NCBI GenBank assembly: GCA_037139635.1
Contig: JBAXFW010000001.1
Location: forward strand, 1 to 29,450
Length of the DNA stretch: 29,450 nt
Direction of reading: 5' to 3'
Source: a bacterium
GTDB taxonomy: Bacteria; Patescibacteriota; Minisyncoccia; Phycocordibacterales; UBA9973
Part shown: piece after piece, positions 15,724 through 22,862 of the stretch
Layout: each line of letters begins with the position of its first letter
Numbering within the stretch: position 1 is the first letter of the stretch
The notes under the pieces: model-generated
Told to the model about the DNA's origin: nothing
Databases searched by the model: none
What the model saw: only the letters and a program-made list of their open reading frames with translations
Position numbers and translations under genes: made by a program

Positions 15724-16925
15724 AAAAATTAATAAAATTAGAAGAAAAAAGACAAAAAAGTGTTATAAATCTTATCGCTTCTGAGAACTATGTTTCAAAC
15801 GATGTCCTAAAAGCAGTTGGCTCAAAACTTACCAATAAATACGCAGAAGGATATCCAGGACGAAGATATTATGGTGGCAATGAAATCATTGATAAAGTTG
15901 AAACTCTTTGCATGGAGCGTGCTTTGAAAGTTTTTAAATTAAAAAAAGAAGATTGGCATGTAAATGTGCAACTTCTCTCAGGTAGTCCTGCCAATTTTGC
16001 TTTGTATTCTGCACTTGTTCCTATCGGTGGCAAAATTATGGGAATGAAATTAACTTCAGGAGGGCACTTAACTCATGGCCATCCACTTTCGATGACCGGA
16101 AAACTTTGGAAGCCATTACAATTTGAACTTGATTCTGAAACTGAAGTTATAGATTATGAAGCTCTTAAAAAATTAGCTATCGCTGAAAAACCAGATATTA
16201 TTGTTTGTGGTTTTACGGCTTATCCAAGAGTTGTTGATTTTAAAAAGTTTCGAGAAATTGCTGACGCTGTGGTTTATCCTGACGGACGGAAGGGAGCGAT
16301 TCTTCATGCTGATATTTCACACTTTGCAGGATTGATTGCGGGGGGAGCATATCCATCTCCCTTTTTATATGCAGACTCAGTGATGACAACAACCCATAAA
16401 TCTCTTCGGGGCCCACGACAAGCAATTTTGTATGTTAAAAAAGATGACCCTTCGACCCCACTCGGGGCAAGGCGTGATTTTGATAAAAAATTAGATAAGA
16501 TGGTTATCCCAGGACTCTTTGGTGGACCACATGAAAACAATATTGCCGGTGTGGCCGTTGCTTTACAAGAAGCAATGAAGCCAGAATTTAAAAAGTATGC
16601 GCGTCAAATTATCAAGAACGCAAAAGTACTAGCCAAAGAATTACAAAAACTTGGCTGGCATATTATTTCAGGAGGTACTGATTCTCATTTAATCTTGATG
16701 GACACTTGGATGGAAGGAAAAGGAATATCTGGTAAAGAGGCAAGTATCAAATTAGAGAAGGCTGGAATTATTGTAAATATGAATACAATTCCAGGAGATA
16801 CAAGAAGTGTCATGGATCCATCTGGAGTTCGTCTTGGTACTTGTGCTGAAACCACCAGAGGAAAAAAAGAAAAAGATATGATTAAAATTGCAGTTAAGAT
16901 GGATAAAATTTTAAGAAGTAAATAA
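15705..16925 (+). CDS. glyA: Serine hydroxymethyltransferase
   Basis: LIASEN, NKYAEGYPGRRYYGG, SGSPAN, GGHLTHG, PLP-lysine motif TTTHKSLRGPR, GGTDSHL, SGVRLGT. Confidence 0.97.
   Translation: MQDKQIEKLIKLEEKRQKSVINLIASENYVSNDVLKAVGSKLTNKYAEGYPGRRYYGGNEIIDKVETLCMERALKVFKLKKEDWHVNVQLLSGSPANFALYSALVPIGGKIMGMKLTSGGHLTHGHPLSMTGKLWKPLQFELDSETEVIDYEALKKLAIAEKPDIIVCGFTAYPRVVDFKKFREIADAVVYPDGRKGAILHADISHFAGLIAGGAYPSPFLYADSVMTTTHKSLRGPRQAILYVKKDDPSTPLGARRDFDKKLDKMVIPGLFGGPHENNIAGVAVALQEAMKPEFKKYARQIIKNAKVLAKELQKLGWHIISGGTDSHLILMDTWMEGKGISGKEASIKLEKAGIIVNMNTIPGDTRSVMDPSGVRLGTCAETTRGKKEKDMIKIAVKMDKILRSK
16272..16294 (-). repeat. Degenerate short repeat element, reverse orientation, inside glyA
   Basis: Reverse complement CCCTTCCGTCCGTCAGGATAAAC resembles the 16448 and 23963 copies (CTTC...TC[A/G]GG). 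It coincides with an extra VYPDGRK peptide. Confidence 0.5.
16448..16471 (+). repeat. Short repeat element inside glyA
   Basis: CCCTTCGACCCCACTCGGGGCAAG (24 nt) encodes PSTPLGAR; closely matches 23963-23985. Confidence 0.7.
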
Positions 16926-16926
16926 T

Positions 16927-17355
16927 ATGACAGATCTTAGTAAAGACATCCAAGCTTGTGTCGGGGTAATGATTTTTAAAGACGGGAAAGTTTTATTGGG
17001 TAAAAGATGTGGTAAGCATGCCCCTGGTGAATATTCTTTCCCTGGTGGAAGAATTGAATACATGGAGAGTTTTTTAGATGCTGTAAAGAGGGAGACGCTA
17101 GAAGAGGCAGGAGTTAAAATAAAAAATATTAAATTTTTAAATGTCGCAAATATAAATAGGTATTCATATCGTCATGACATATCTACTCATTTTACAGCAG
17201 ATTGGGAAAGTGGTGAGCCTCAAGAGTTCCCCGAAGAGAGAATTAAAGAATGGAATTGGTATAGCTTAGATAATTTACCATCACCAATTTTTTATCCAAC
17301 ACAAATTGTTGTCGATTCTTATAAATCAGGAATAAATTTTTATGATAAAGAATAA
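16927..17355 (+). CDS. NUDIX hydrolase (MutT/NUDT15-like)
   Basis: GKVLLGKR and Nudix box GGRIEYMESFLDAVKRETLEEAGV. Confidence 0.9.
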   Translation: MTDLSKDIQACVGVMIFKDGKVLLGKRCGKHAPGEYSFPGGRIEYMESFLDAVKRETLEEAGVKIKNIKFLNVANINRYSYRHDISTHFTADWESGEPQEFPEERIKEWNWYSLDNLPSPIFYPTQIVVDSYKSGINFYDKE

Positions 17356-18049
17356 AAAATATAAAGGAAAATTAATTGTTATAGATGGGACAGATGGAAG
17401 TGGTAAGGCGACACAAGTGGCTTATTTGACTGAGCATTTAAAAAAAGATGGACATAAAGTTAAGGTTGTGGATTTCCCAGAATACTATAAAAATTTCTTC
17501 GGTAAATTTATTGGGCATTGTCTTTCTGAACAATATTATAATTTTCTTGGTGTTCATCCAAAAATTGCTTCATCGTTATATGCTGCTGACAGATGGGAAT
17601 CAAGTAAAGAGATGCGAGAGTGGCTGAAAAAAGGATATATCGTCATTGCAAACAGATATGTCTCAGCTAATCAGATTCACCAAGGGGGGAAAATTTCTAG
17701 TGCAAAAAAAAGAGCAGATTTTATTAAATGGCTAGACGAGATGGAGTATAGAGTTTATGGAATTCCAAGACCGGATATAACTTTGTATTTAAGTTTGCCC
17801 TTGAATATTGTTTTTGACCTTATAAAAGAACGAAATAGTAGTAAAATGAAAAGAGCCTATTTGAAAAATAAGAAAGACATATCTGAATCCGATCTTGATT
17901 ATCAAAAAAATTCTATTAAAAGTGCAATTTGGTTAGTAAAAAATGTTTCTAATTTTATAAAAATTGAATGTTCAGAAAAAGGAAAAATATTAACACGAGA
18001 ACAAGTGCATGATATGGTTTATAAAGAAGTTAAAAAAATATTTAAATGA
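17342..18049 (+). CDS. tmk: Thymidylate kinase
   Basis: P-loop IDGTDGSGKATQ, DFPEY, YAADR, ANRYVSAN, PRPDITLYL. Confidence 0.9.
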   Translation: MIKNKKYKGKLIVIDGTDGSGKATQVAYLTEHLKKDGHKVKVVDFPEYYKNFFGKFIGHCLSEQYYNFLGVHPKIASSLYAADRWESSKEMREWLKKGYIVIANRYVSANQIHQGGKISSAKKRADFIKWLDEMEYRVYGIPRPDITLYLSLPLNIVFDLIKERNSSKMKRAYLKNKKDISESDLDYQKNSIKSAIWLVKNVSNFIKIECSEKGKILTREQVHDMVYKEVKKIFK

Positions 18050-18519
18050 TAATTCCGATTGTAAATGAACAAGATGAAATAATAGGTTATAAAGATAGAA
18101 AGAATAGAAATATTGATGACATTGTTCGTGCAACTTGTCTTTGGGTTTCAGATAAAAATGATAATATTCTTTTAGCACAAAGAGCTTTTAGTAAAGAGCA
18201 TGATCCGGGGTTATGGGGACCATCAGCCGGAGGTACTGTTGAAGAAGGTGAAACATATGAATTAAATATTTTAAAAGAAGCTGAAGAGGAAATTGGTTTG
18301 ATAGGTTTTGATTTTATTAAAGGACCAAAAATTCGTGTTCCTTGGGGATTTGTTTGTATTTTTAATATAGTTGTAAATAATGATTTTGATTTTATTAAAC
18401 AAAATAATGAGGTAGAGCAAATAAAATGGTTTTCTAAAGAAGAACTATATTTTTTATTGAAAGAAAAACCAGAAATTTTTATTAAAAATTTTAAATTAAT
18501 GTATGAAAGTAAATATTAA
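18046..18519 (+). CDS. NUDIX hydrolase (IDI/YfcD-like)
   Basis: IPIVNEQDEIIG, ILLAQRA..K..DPGLW, Nudix box GGTVEEGETYELNILKEAEEEIGL. Confidence 0.88.
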   Translation: MIIPIVNEQDEIIGYKDRKNRNIDDIVRATCLWVSDKNDNILLAQRAFSKEHDPGLWGPSAGGTVEEGETYELNILKEAEEEIGLIGFDFIKGPKIRVPWGFVCIFNIVVNNDFDFIKQNNEVEQIKWFSKEELYFLLKEKPEIFIKNFKLMYESKY

Positions 18520-18937
18520 AAGAATTGAAAAAGATTTACCATTGCCAGAATACCAAACATCTGGAGCTGTGGCTTTTGATTTATATTCGCGTGTTGATGC
18601 AGTTATAAAACCAAAAACACTAGAAAGATTACCCACAAATGTTATTATTGAAATTCCGACAGGTTATATGTTGGAGATTAAAGATCGCTCAAGTACACTA
18701 AAGCGTAAAGGTTTGCTCGTCAGTACTGGTTTTATAGACAATGATTTTCATGGAGAATCTGATGAAATACTTTTACAAGTTTACAACATGACTGAAAATG
18801 ATGTAAAAGTAGATAAAGGGGAAAGACTTGGACAAGGTGCCTTTATTAAGGTTGAAACGGCGGTGTGGGAAGAAGTTGAAATAATGAAAGAAAATGGTCG
18901 TGGAGGTTTTGGTACAACAGGTGAAAGTGTCATATAA
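18503..18937 (+). CDS. dut: Trimeric dUTP diphosphatase
   Basis: Five dUTPase motifs: AVAFDL, DRSS, GFIDNDFHG, RLGQG, GRGGFGTTG. Confidence 0.95.
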   Translation: MKVNIKRIEKDLPLPEYQTSGAVAFDLYSRVDAVIKPKTLERLPTNVIIEIPTGYMLEIKDRSSTLKRKGLLVSTGFIDNDFHGESDEILLQVYNMTENDVKVDKGERLGQGAFIKVETAVWEEVEIMKENGRGGFGTTGESVI

Positions 18938-18948
18938 TAAGAATATAC

Positions 18949-20655
18949 ATGAAAGAGCAAATAGAAAAACAAATAAAAGAAGTGTTGAAAAATCTTGGAA
19001 TAAATGAAGAGATTAATTTTTCTGTTGAACACCCAGAGAGTTTTGTGAATGGAGATTATTCGACAAATGTAGCGATGGTATGTGCTAAAAAGATTGGTAA
19101 AAATCCAAGAGAATTAGCAGAAAATATAAAACTAGAATTGGAAAAGAATATTCTAAAAGAAATTTCTAAAGTGGAAGTGGCTGGTGCTGGGTTTATAAAT
19201 TTCTATTTATCACGAGAATTTTTTACTGAGAGTGTAAAACAAATTTTAGAAAAAAAAGAGAACTGGGGGAAGAATGAAATTCTTAATGGTAAAAAAGTAA
19301 TGGTTGAATATACTCAACCAAATCCTTTTAAGCCTTTTCATATTGGACACCTTATGAGTAATGCGATAGGGGAATCGATATCTCGAGTCGTGGAATTTTC
19401 TGGAGCAAAGACTATTCGGGCAAACTATCAAGGAGATGTGGGCCCGCATGTAGCAAAAGCAATATATGGGCTAAAAAAATTTGGAATGCCAGATAGTAGT
19501 TTAATTGTTTCTGCCCAGGCGCAATACATAGGTGAATGTTATTCAAAGGGAAGCAATTTATATGATACAGATGAAAATGCTAAAAAAGAAATAGATGAAA
19601 TAAATAAAAAAATCTATGACAAGAGTGATGAAGAAATAAATAAAATATATGACTGGGGAAGGAAAGTGACACTGGATGCATTTGAAGAGATATATAAATT
19701 ACTTGGTACAAAATTTGATTATTATTTTTTTGAAAGCGAGATGGCAGTAATCGGAGAGAAAATAGTAAAAGAAAATGTTCCAAAGATTTTCGAAGAGTCT
19801 GATGGAGCTATCATTTTCCATGGAGAAAAATATGACCCTAAATTGCATACACGAGTTTTTGTAAACTCAAAAGGTTTGCCTACTTATGAAACAAAAGAGA
19901 TTGGCCTTACTTTGACTAAGTTTGAAAAAGAAAATCCAGATATATCTATCGTCACGACAGCGATAGAGCAAGCAGAATATATGAAAGTAGTCCAGAAAGC
20001 TATTTCGCTTATGCATCCCGACTTAGAAAGTAGAATGAAACATATAACTCATGGAATGATGCGTTTAGCTACGGGGAAAATGTCATCCCGAAAAGGGAAT
20101 GTAATCACGGGAGAATCACTTTTGCGAGATTCTATGGATGTTGTTTTGGAAAAAATCACAGAGCGTGATTTTTCTGATATAGAAAAAAGGGAAATTTCTG
20201 AAATTGTCGGTGTTGCAGCATTGAAGTATTCAATTTTAAAATCATCTCTTGGTAGTGATATTGTTTATGATTTTGAAAAATCAATTTCTTTTGAAGGAGA
20301 TTCTGGCCCATATTTACAGTACACAGCAGTACGCGCAAATTCAATCTTGGAGAAGTCAAAAGTTTTTAATCAAAAAAATGGTAATGATATTCCTGTGGAA
20401 ATCACAAATTTGGAAAAAATACTTTATCAATTTTCCGAAGTTATTGAACTTTCATATCAAAAATTGGAGCCACACCACATTGCTACTTATCTCACTTTAC
20501 TTGCGAGTGCATTTAATACTTTTTATGCCAATACAAAAATACTAAGTGATGAAAATAAATATATGGTTTATCATTTAGAATTAGTGAACGCTTTTTACCA
20601 AACCATGAAGAATGGTCTTTATTTGCTAGGCATCGAAACACCAAAGAGAATGTAA
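18949..20655 (+). CDS. argS: Arginine--tRNA ligase
   Basis: GDYSTNVAM, AGAGFINF, EYTQPNP..PFHIGH, KMSSRKG, FEGDSGPYLQY and DALR-type C-terminal domain. Confidence 0.97.
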   Translation: MKEQIEKQIKEVLKNLGINEEINFSVEHPESFVNGDYSTNVAMVCAKKIGKNPRELAENIKLELEKNILKEISKVEVAGAGFINFYLSREFFTESVKQILEKKENWGKNEILNGKKVMVEYTQPNPFKPFHIGHLMSNAIGESISRVVEFSGAKTIRANYQGDVGPHVAKAIYGLKKFGMPDSSLIVSAQAQYIGECYSKGSNLYDTDENAKKEIDEINKKIYDKSDEEINKIYDWGRKVTLDAFEEIYKLLGTKFDYYFFESEMAVIGEKIVKENVPKIFEESDGAIIFHGEKYDPKLHTRVFVNSKGLPTYETKEIGLTLTKFEKENPDISIVTTAIEQAEYMKVVQKAISLMHPDLESRMKHITHGMMRLATGKMSSRKGNVITGESLLRDSMDVVLEKITERDFSDIEKREISEIVGVAALKYSILKSSLGSDIVYDFEKSISFEGDSGPYLQYTAVRANSILEKSKVFNQKNGNDIPVEITNLEKILYQFSEVIELSYQKLEPHHIATYLTLLASAFNTFYANTKILSDENKYMVYHLELVNAFYQTMKNGLYLLGIETPKRM

Positions 20656-20671
20656 ATTTATATTAATTAAT

Positions 20672-22420
20672 ATGAAAAACAAAACACCAAATTTTGATAA
20701 AGCAATAGGTGAAATTTTAGAGCACTTAATTCCACACAAAAGAGTTTGCACGTGGAAGGACAAGAATCCTCACTGCGAAGGAGATTTTGATATTGAAGAA
20801 GGAGACATAAATTTTTTGAAAATATTTAAGGTGCCACCACCTAATTTTTGTCCTACGTGCAGAAGAATGAGAAGACTAACGAATATGAATTTTTCAAGGC
20901 TTTTCAAGCGTAAATGTGACGTACCAGGGCATGATGAAATGATGATATCAGTTCTCCCTGAAGAATGTCCTTTCCCAGTATATGATTATAAATATTTTAT
21001 TGATGATAATTTTGATGCTTTTTCTTTTGGTATTAATTACAAAGATACAGATAATCCAATAAAAAGCCTACTTTCATTTCGAAAAAAGTTTCCAATGCCT
21101 TCATTTTTAAATCGTGATCCATCATCTATCAATAGTGAATATTCAAACGGAGGTAGAAATTTAAAAAATGGGTATTATGTTTTTGCTTGTTACGAAACAG
21201 AGAATGCTTGGTATTGTGCTCAGCTTCACAAGACTCGTAATATTATGGATTCTTTAGTCATCACTGACTCAGAGTTTGTATATAAATCTGTTTTTTCTAA
21301 TCATCTTTATAAAGTATTCTTTGCATATTTTTCAATAAATTGTACTGATAGTATGTTTTTATTTGATTGTCGTAATTGCACTAATTGTTTTGGTTGTGTA
21401 AATCTACGTAATGCAAAATATTGTGTTTACAATAAACAATTTTCAAAAGAAGAATATGAGATTTTTATGTCAGAAGTTTATCCGTTAACAGCTACAAAAA
21501 TCTCTTCTTTTGAAGAAAAATTTTGGCAATTAGTTAAAACTCTTCCGATGAATGGTACTAGGAATGTCGCATCAGTTGATGTTTTTGGTGTGAATATAAA
21601 AAATTCAAAAAACTTGCTTGATGTGATAGATGCAAATAATTCTGAAAATGTTCGTCATTCTGATGGAGTTGTTTTACATAAAGATTCTATGGACATTTTA
21701 TTTTCAGGTGGTTCTTCGAGTGTGATATATATGTCTACTAACATAGGTTCTCATTCGACTCGAGTTAAATTTTCGACTTCATCGAAGTTTTGCGCAGATT
21801 GCGAGTTTGTTTTTAATTCGAAAAATTTAAATAATTGTTTTATGTGTTTTGGCTTACAAAATAAATCTTATTGTGTGTTTAATAAACAATATTCTCCCGA
21901 GGAGTATTTTAAAATTGTAGATAATATTAAGACAAAAATGCTTGGTAGGGGAGAATATGGTGACGGACTTGGTTTAGAATTTTCTGCTCAAGCATATAAT
22001 TTTTCTATCGCTCACTTTGCTTATCCACTTAATACTAAAGAGATAAATATGCTTGGCGGATATGAGGCGAAAGAGCCTGAGACAAATGTTGGTAATATCG
22101 AAATTATAAAGTATGCTGATTTACCTCAAAATATTGACGAAACACCTTTAGATATTTTAGAGAAAGCAATTTTATGTGAAAAAAGTAATAGACCTTTTAG
22201 AATTACTGCTTCTGAGCTCCAGTTTTATAAAGCAATGAAATTACCTCTTCCAAACATACATCCATTGTTAAGAATTGAAAAGATTTTAAAGCTTGTTAAG
22301 ACTGGGAAAAAATACAAAGCGACTTGTGTGAAGTGTGGGGAAAAAATAGAAACAGTTTTTGATCCAGAAGATAAATATATTTTTTATTGCGAAAAATGTT
22401 ATCAGCAGGAAATATATTAG
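20672..22420 (+). CDS. Cys-rich zinc-ribbon/repeat protein of unknown function (family I associate with CPR genomes)
   Basis: N-terminal C..C knuckles (CPTCRRMRR), two copies of NCFxCxxLxNxxYCVxNKQxSxEEY, LCEKSNRPFRI, C-terminal CVKC...YCEKCY. Confidence 0.8.
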   Translation: MKNKTPNFDKAIGEILEHLIPHKRVCTWKDKNPHCEGDFDIEEGDINFLKIFKVPPPNFCPTCRRMRRLTNMNFSRLFKRKCDVPGHDEMMISVLPEECPFPVYDYKYFIDDNFDAFSFGINYKDTDNPIKSLLSFRKKFPMPSFLNRDPSSINSEYSNGGRNLKNGYYVFACYETENAWYCAQLHKTRNIMDSLVITDSEFVYKSVFSNHLYKVFFAYFSINCTDSMFLFDCRNCTNCFGCVNLRNAKYCVYNKQFSKEEYEIFMSEVYPLTATKISSFEEKFWQLVKTLPMNGTRNVASVDVFGVNIKNSKNLLDVIDANNSENVRHSDGVVLHKDSMDILFSGGSSSVIYMSTNIGSHSTRVKFSTSSKFCADCEFVFNSKNLNNCFMCFGLQNKSYCVFNKQYSPEEYFKIVDNIKTKMLGRGEYGDGLGLEFSAQAYNFSIAHFAYPLNTKEINMLGGYEAKEPETNVGNIEIIKYADLPQNIDETPLDILEKAILCEKSNRPFRITASELQFYKAMKLPLPNIHPLLRIEKILKLVKTGKKYKATCVKCGEKIETVFDPEDKYIFYCEKCYQQEIY

Positions 22421-22443
22421 TTTATTTGCCTATTTTAGAATAT

Positions 22444-22480
22444 AAATAAAATGCCTCGCTCAAAAAATTGAGCAAGGCAT
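22444..22480 (-). terminator. Intrinsic terminator oriented for a minus-strand transcript
   Basis: 13-bp stem ATGCCTCGCTCAA/TTGAGCAAGGCAT with one mismatch, preceded on + by AAATAAA (a U-rich tail on -); no T-tract follows on +. Confidence 0.6.
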
Positions 22481-22585
22481 GGAAGTACGACCTTGGCAGA
22501 TTGTGTTGAGTGAAGTCGATGAGACTCTCACTGAGAGCACCGTTTACCCCAAGGAAGTTGAACTACAGTCATAAAGAACAATTCA
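22444..22585 (-). ncRNA. Candidate ~140-nt small RNA divergent from the ileS T-box
   Basis: Predicted promoter TTGCAA-17-TAGCAT, predicted terminator, GC-rich core (44/90 G+C over 22481-22570) that can fold into a long rod. No family recognised. Confidence 0.35.
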
Positions 22586-22590
22586 TTTAG

Positions 22591-22641
22591 ATGCTACACC
22601 TAATTGATTTTTCTTGCAAATTACGTATTTACTGTTATTAT
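22591..22641. promoter_or_regulatory. Promoter of the ileS T-box leader, possibly bidirectional
   Basis: Palindromic TTGCAA at 22614-22619. Plus strand: 16 nt to TGtTATTAT (hexamer 22636-22641), then 6 nt to the base of stem I. Minus strand: 17 nt to TAGCAT (plus ATGCTA 22591-22596). Confidence 0.55.
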
Positions 22642-22647
22642 TTAGAA

Positions 22648-22831
22648 GTACGAAGAAGGAGACATCACTCCTGAGTACGGGGAAGAAATGTTTTGCGCGA
22701 TTCCGCCTTCGTTAACACTACGGCGAGACAAAGTAGAACCCCATAAATGAGAAGCAAGCAAGGTGGTACCACGAGAGAAACTCGTCCTTGTATAGCAATT
22801 ATTTTAATTGTTGTACGCGGACGAGTTTTTT
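22648..22831 (+). promoter_or_regulatory. Ile-specific T-box riboswitch upstream of ileS
   Basis: Stem I GUAC-GAAGAA-GGAG-[ACAUCA]-CUCC-UGA-GUAC with an AUC (Ile) specifier at 22664-22666. Stem II GGGGAAGAA...GUAGAACCCC. Antiterminator AAGG-UGGUACC-ACGAG-[AGAAA]-CUCGU-CCUU. Confidence 0.92.
22778..22831 (+). terminator. T-box attenuator terminator
   Basis: AAACTCGTCC (22778-22787) pairs with GGACGAGTTT (22819-22828) and extends through a long inner stem; T6 at 22826-22831. Mutually exclusive with the antiterminator. Confidence 0.88.
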
Positions 22832-22862
22832 ATTTAATTATTATTAATTTAAATTATAAAAT

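Noticed and set aside
22479-22574. Type I toxin-antitoxin pair (31-aa ORF plus antisense RNA)
   Set aside because: The peptide is acidic with no membrane helix, unlike type I toxins. It is kept only as an alternative reading in the small-RNA finding.
22481-22600. tRNA, SRP RNA, tmRNA or RNase P RNA in the argS-ileS intergenic region
   Set aside because: No cloverleaf or TTC-loop, no SRP domain IV motif, and too short for tmRNA or RNase P RNA.
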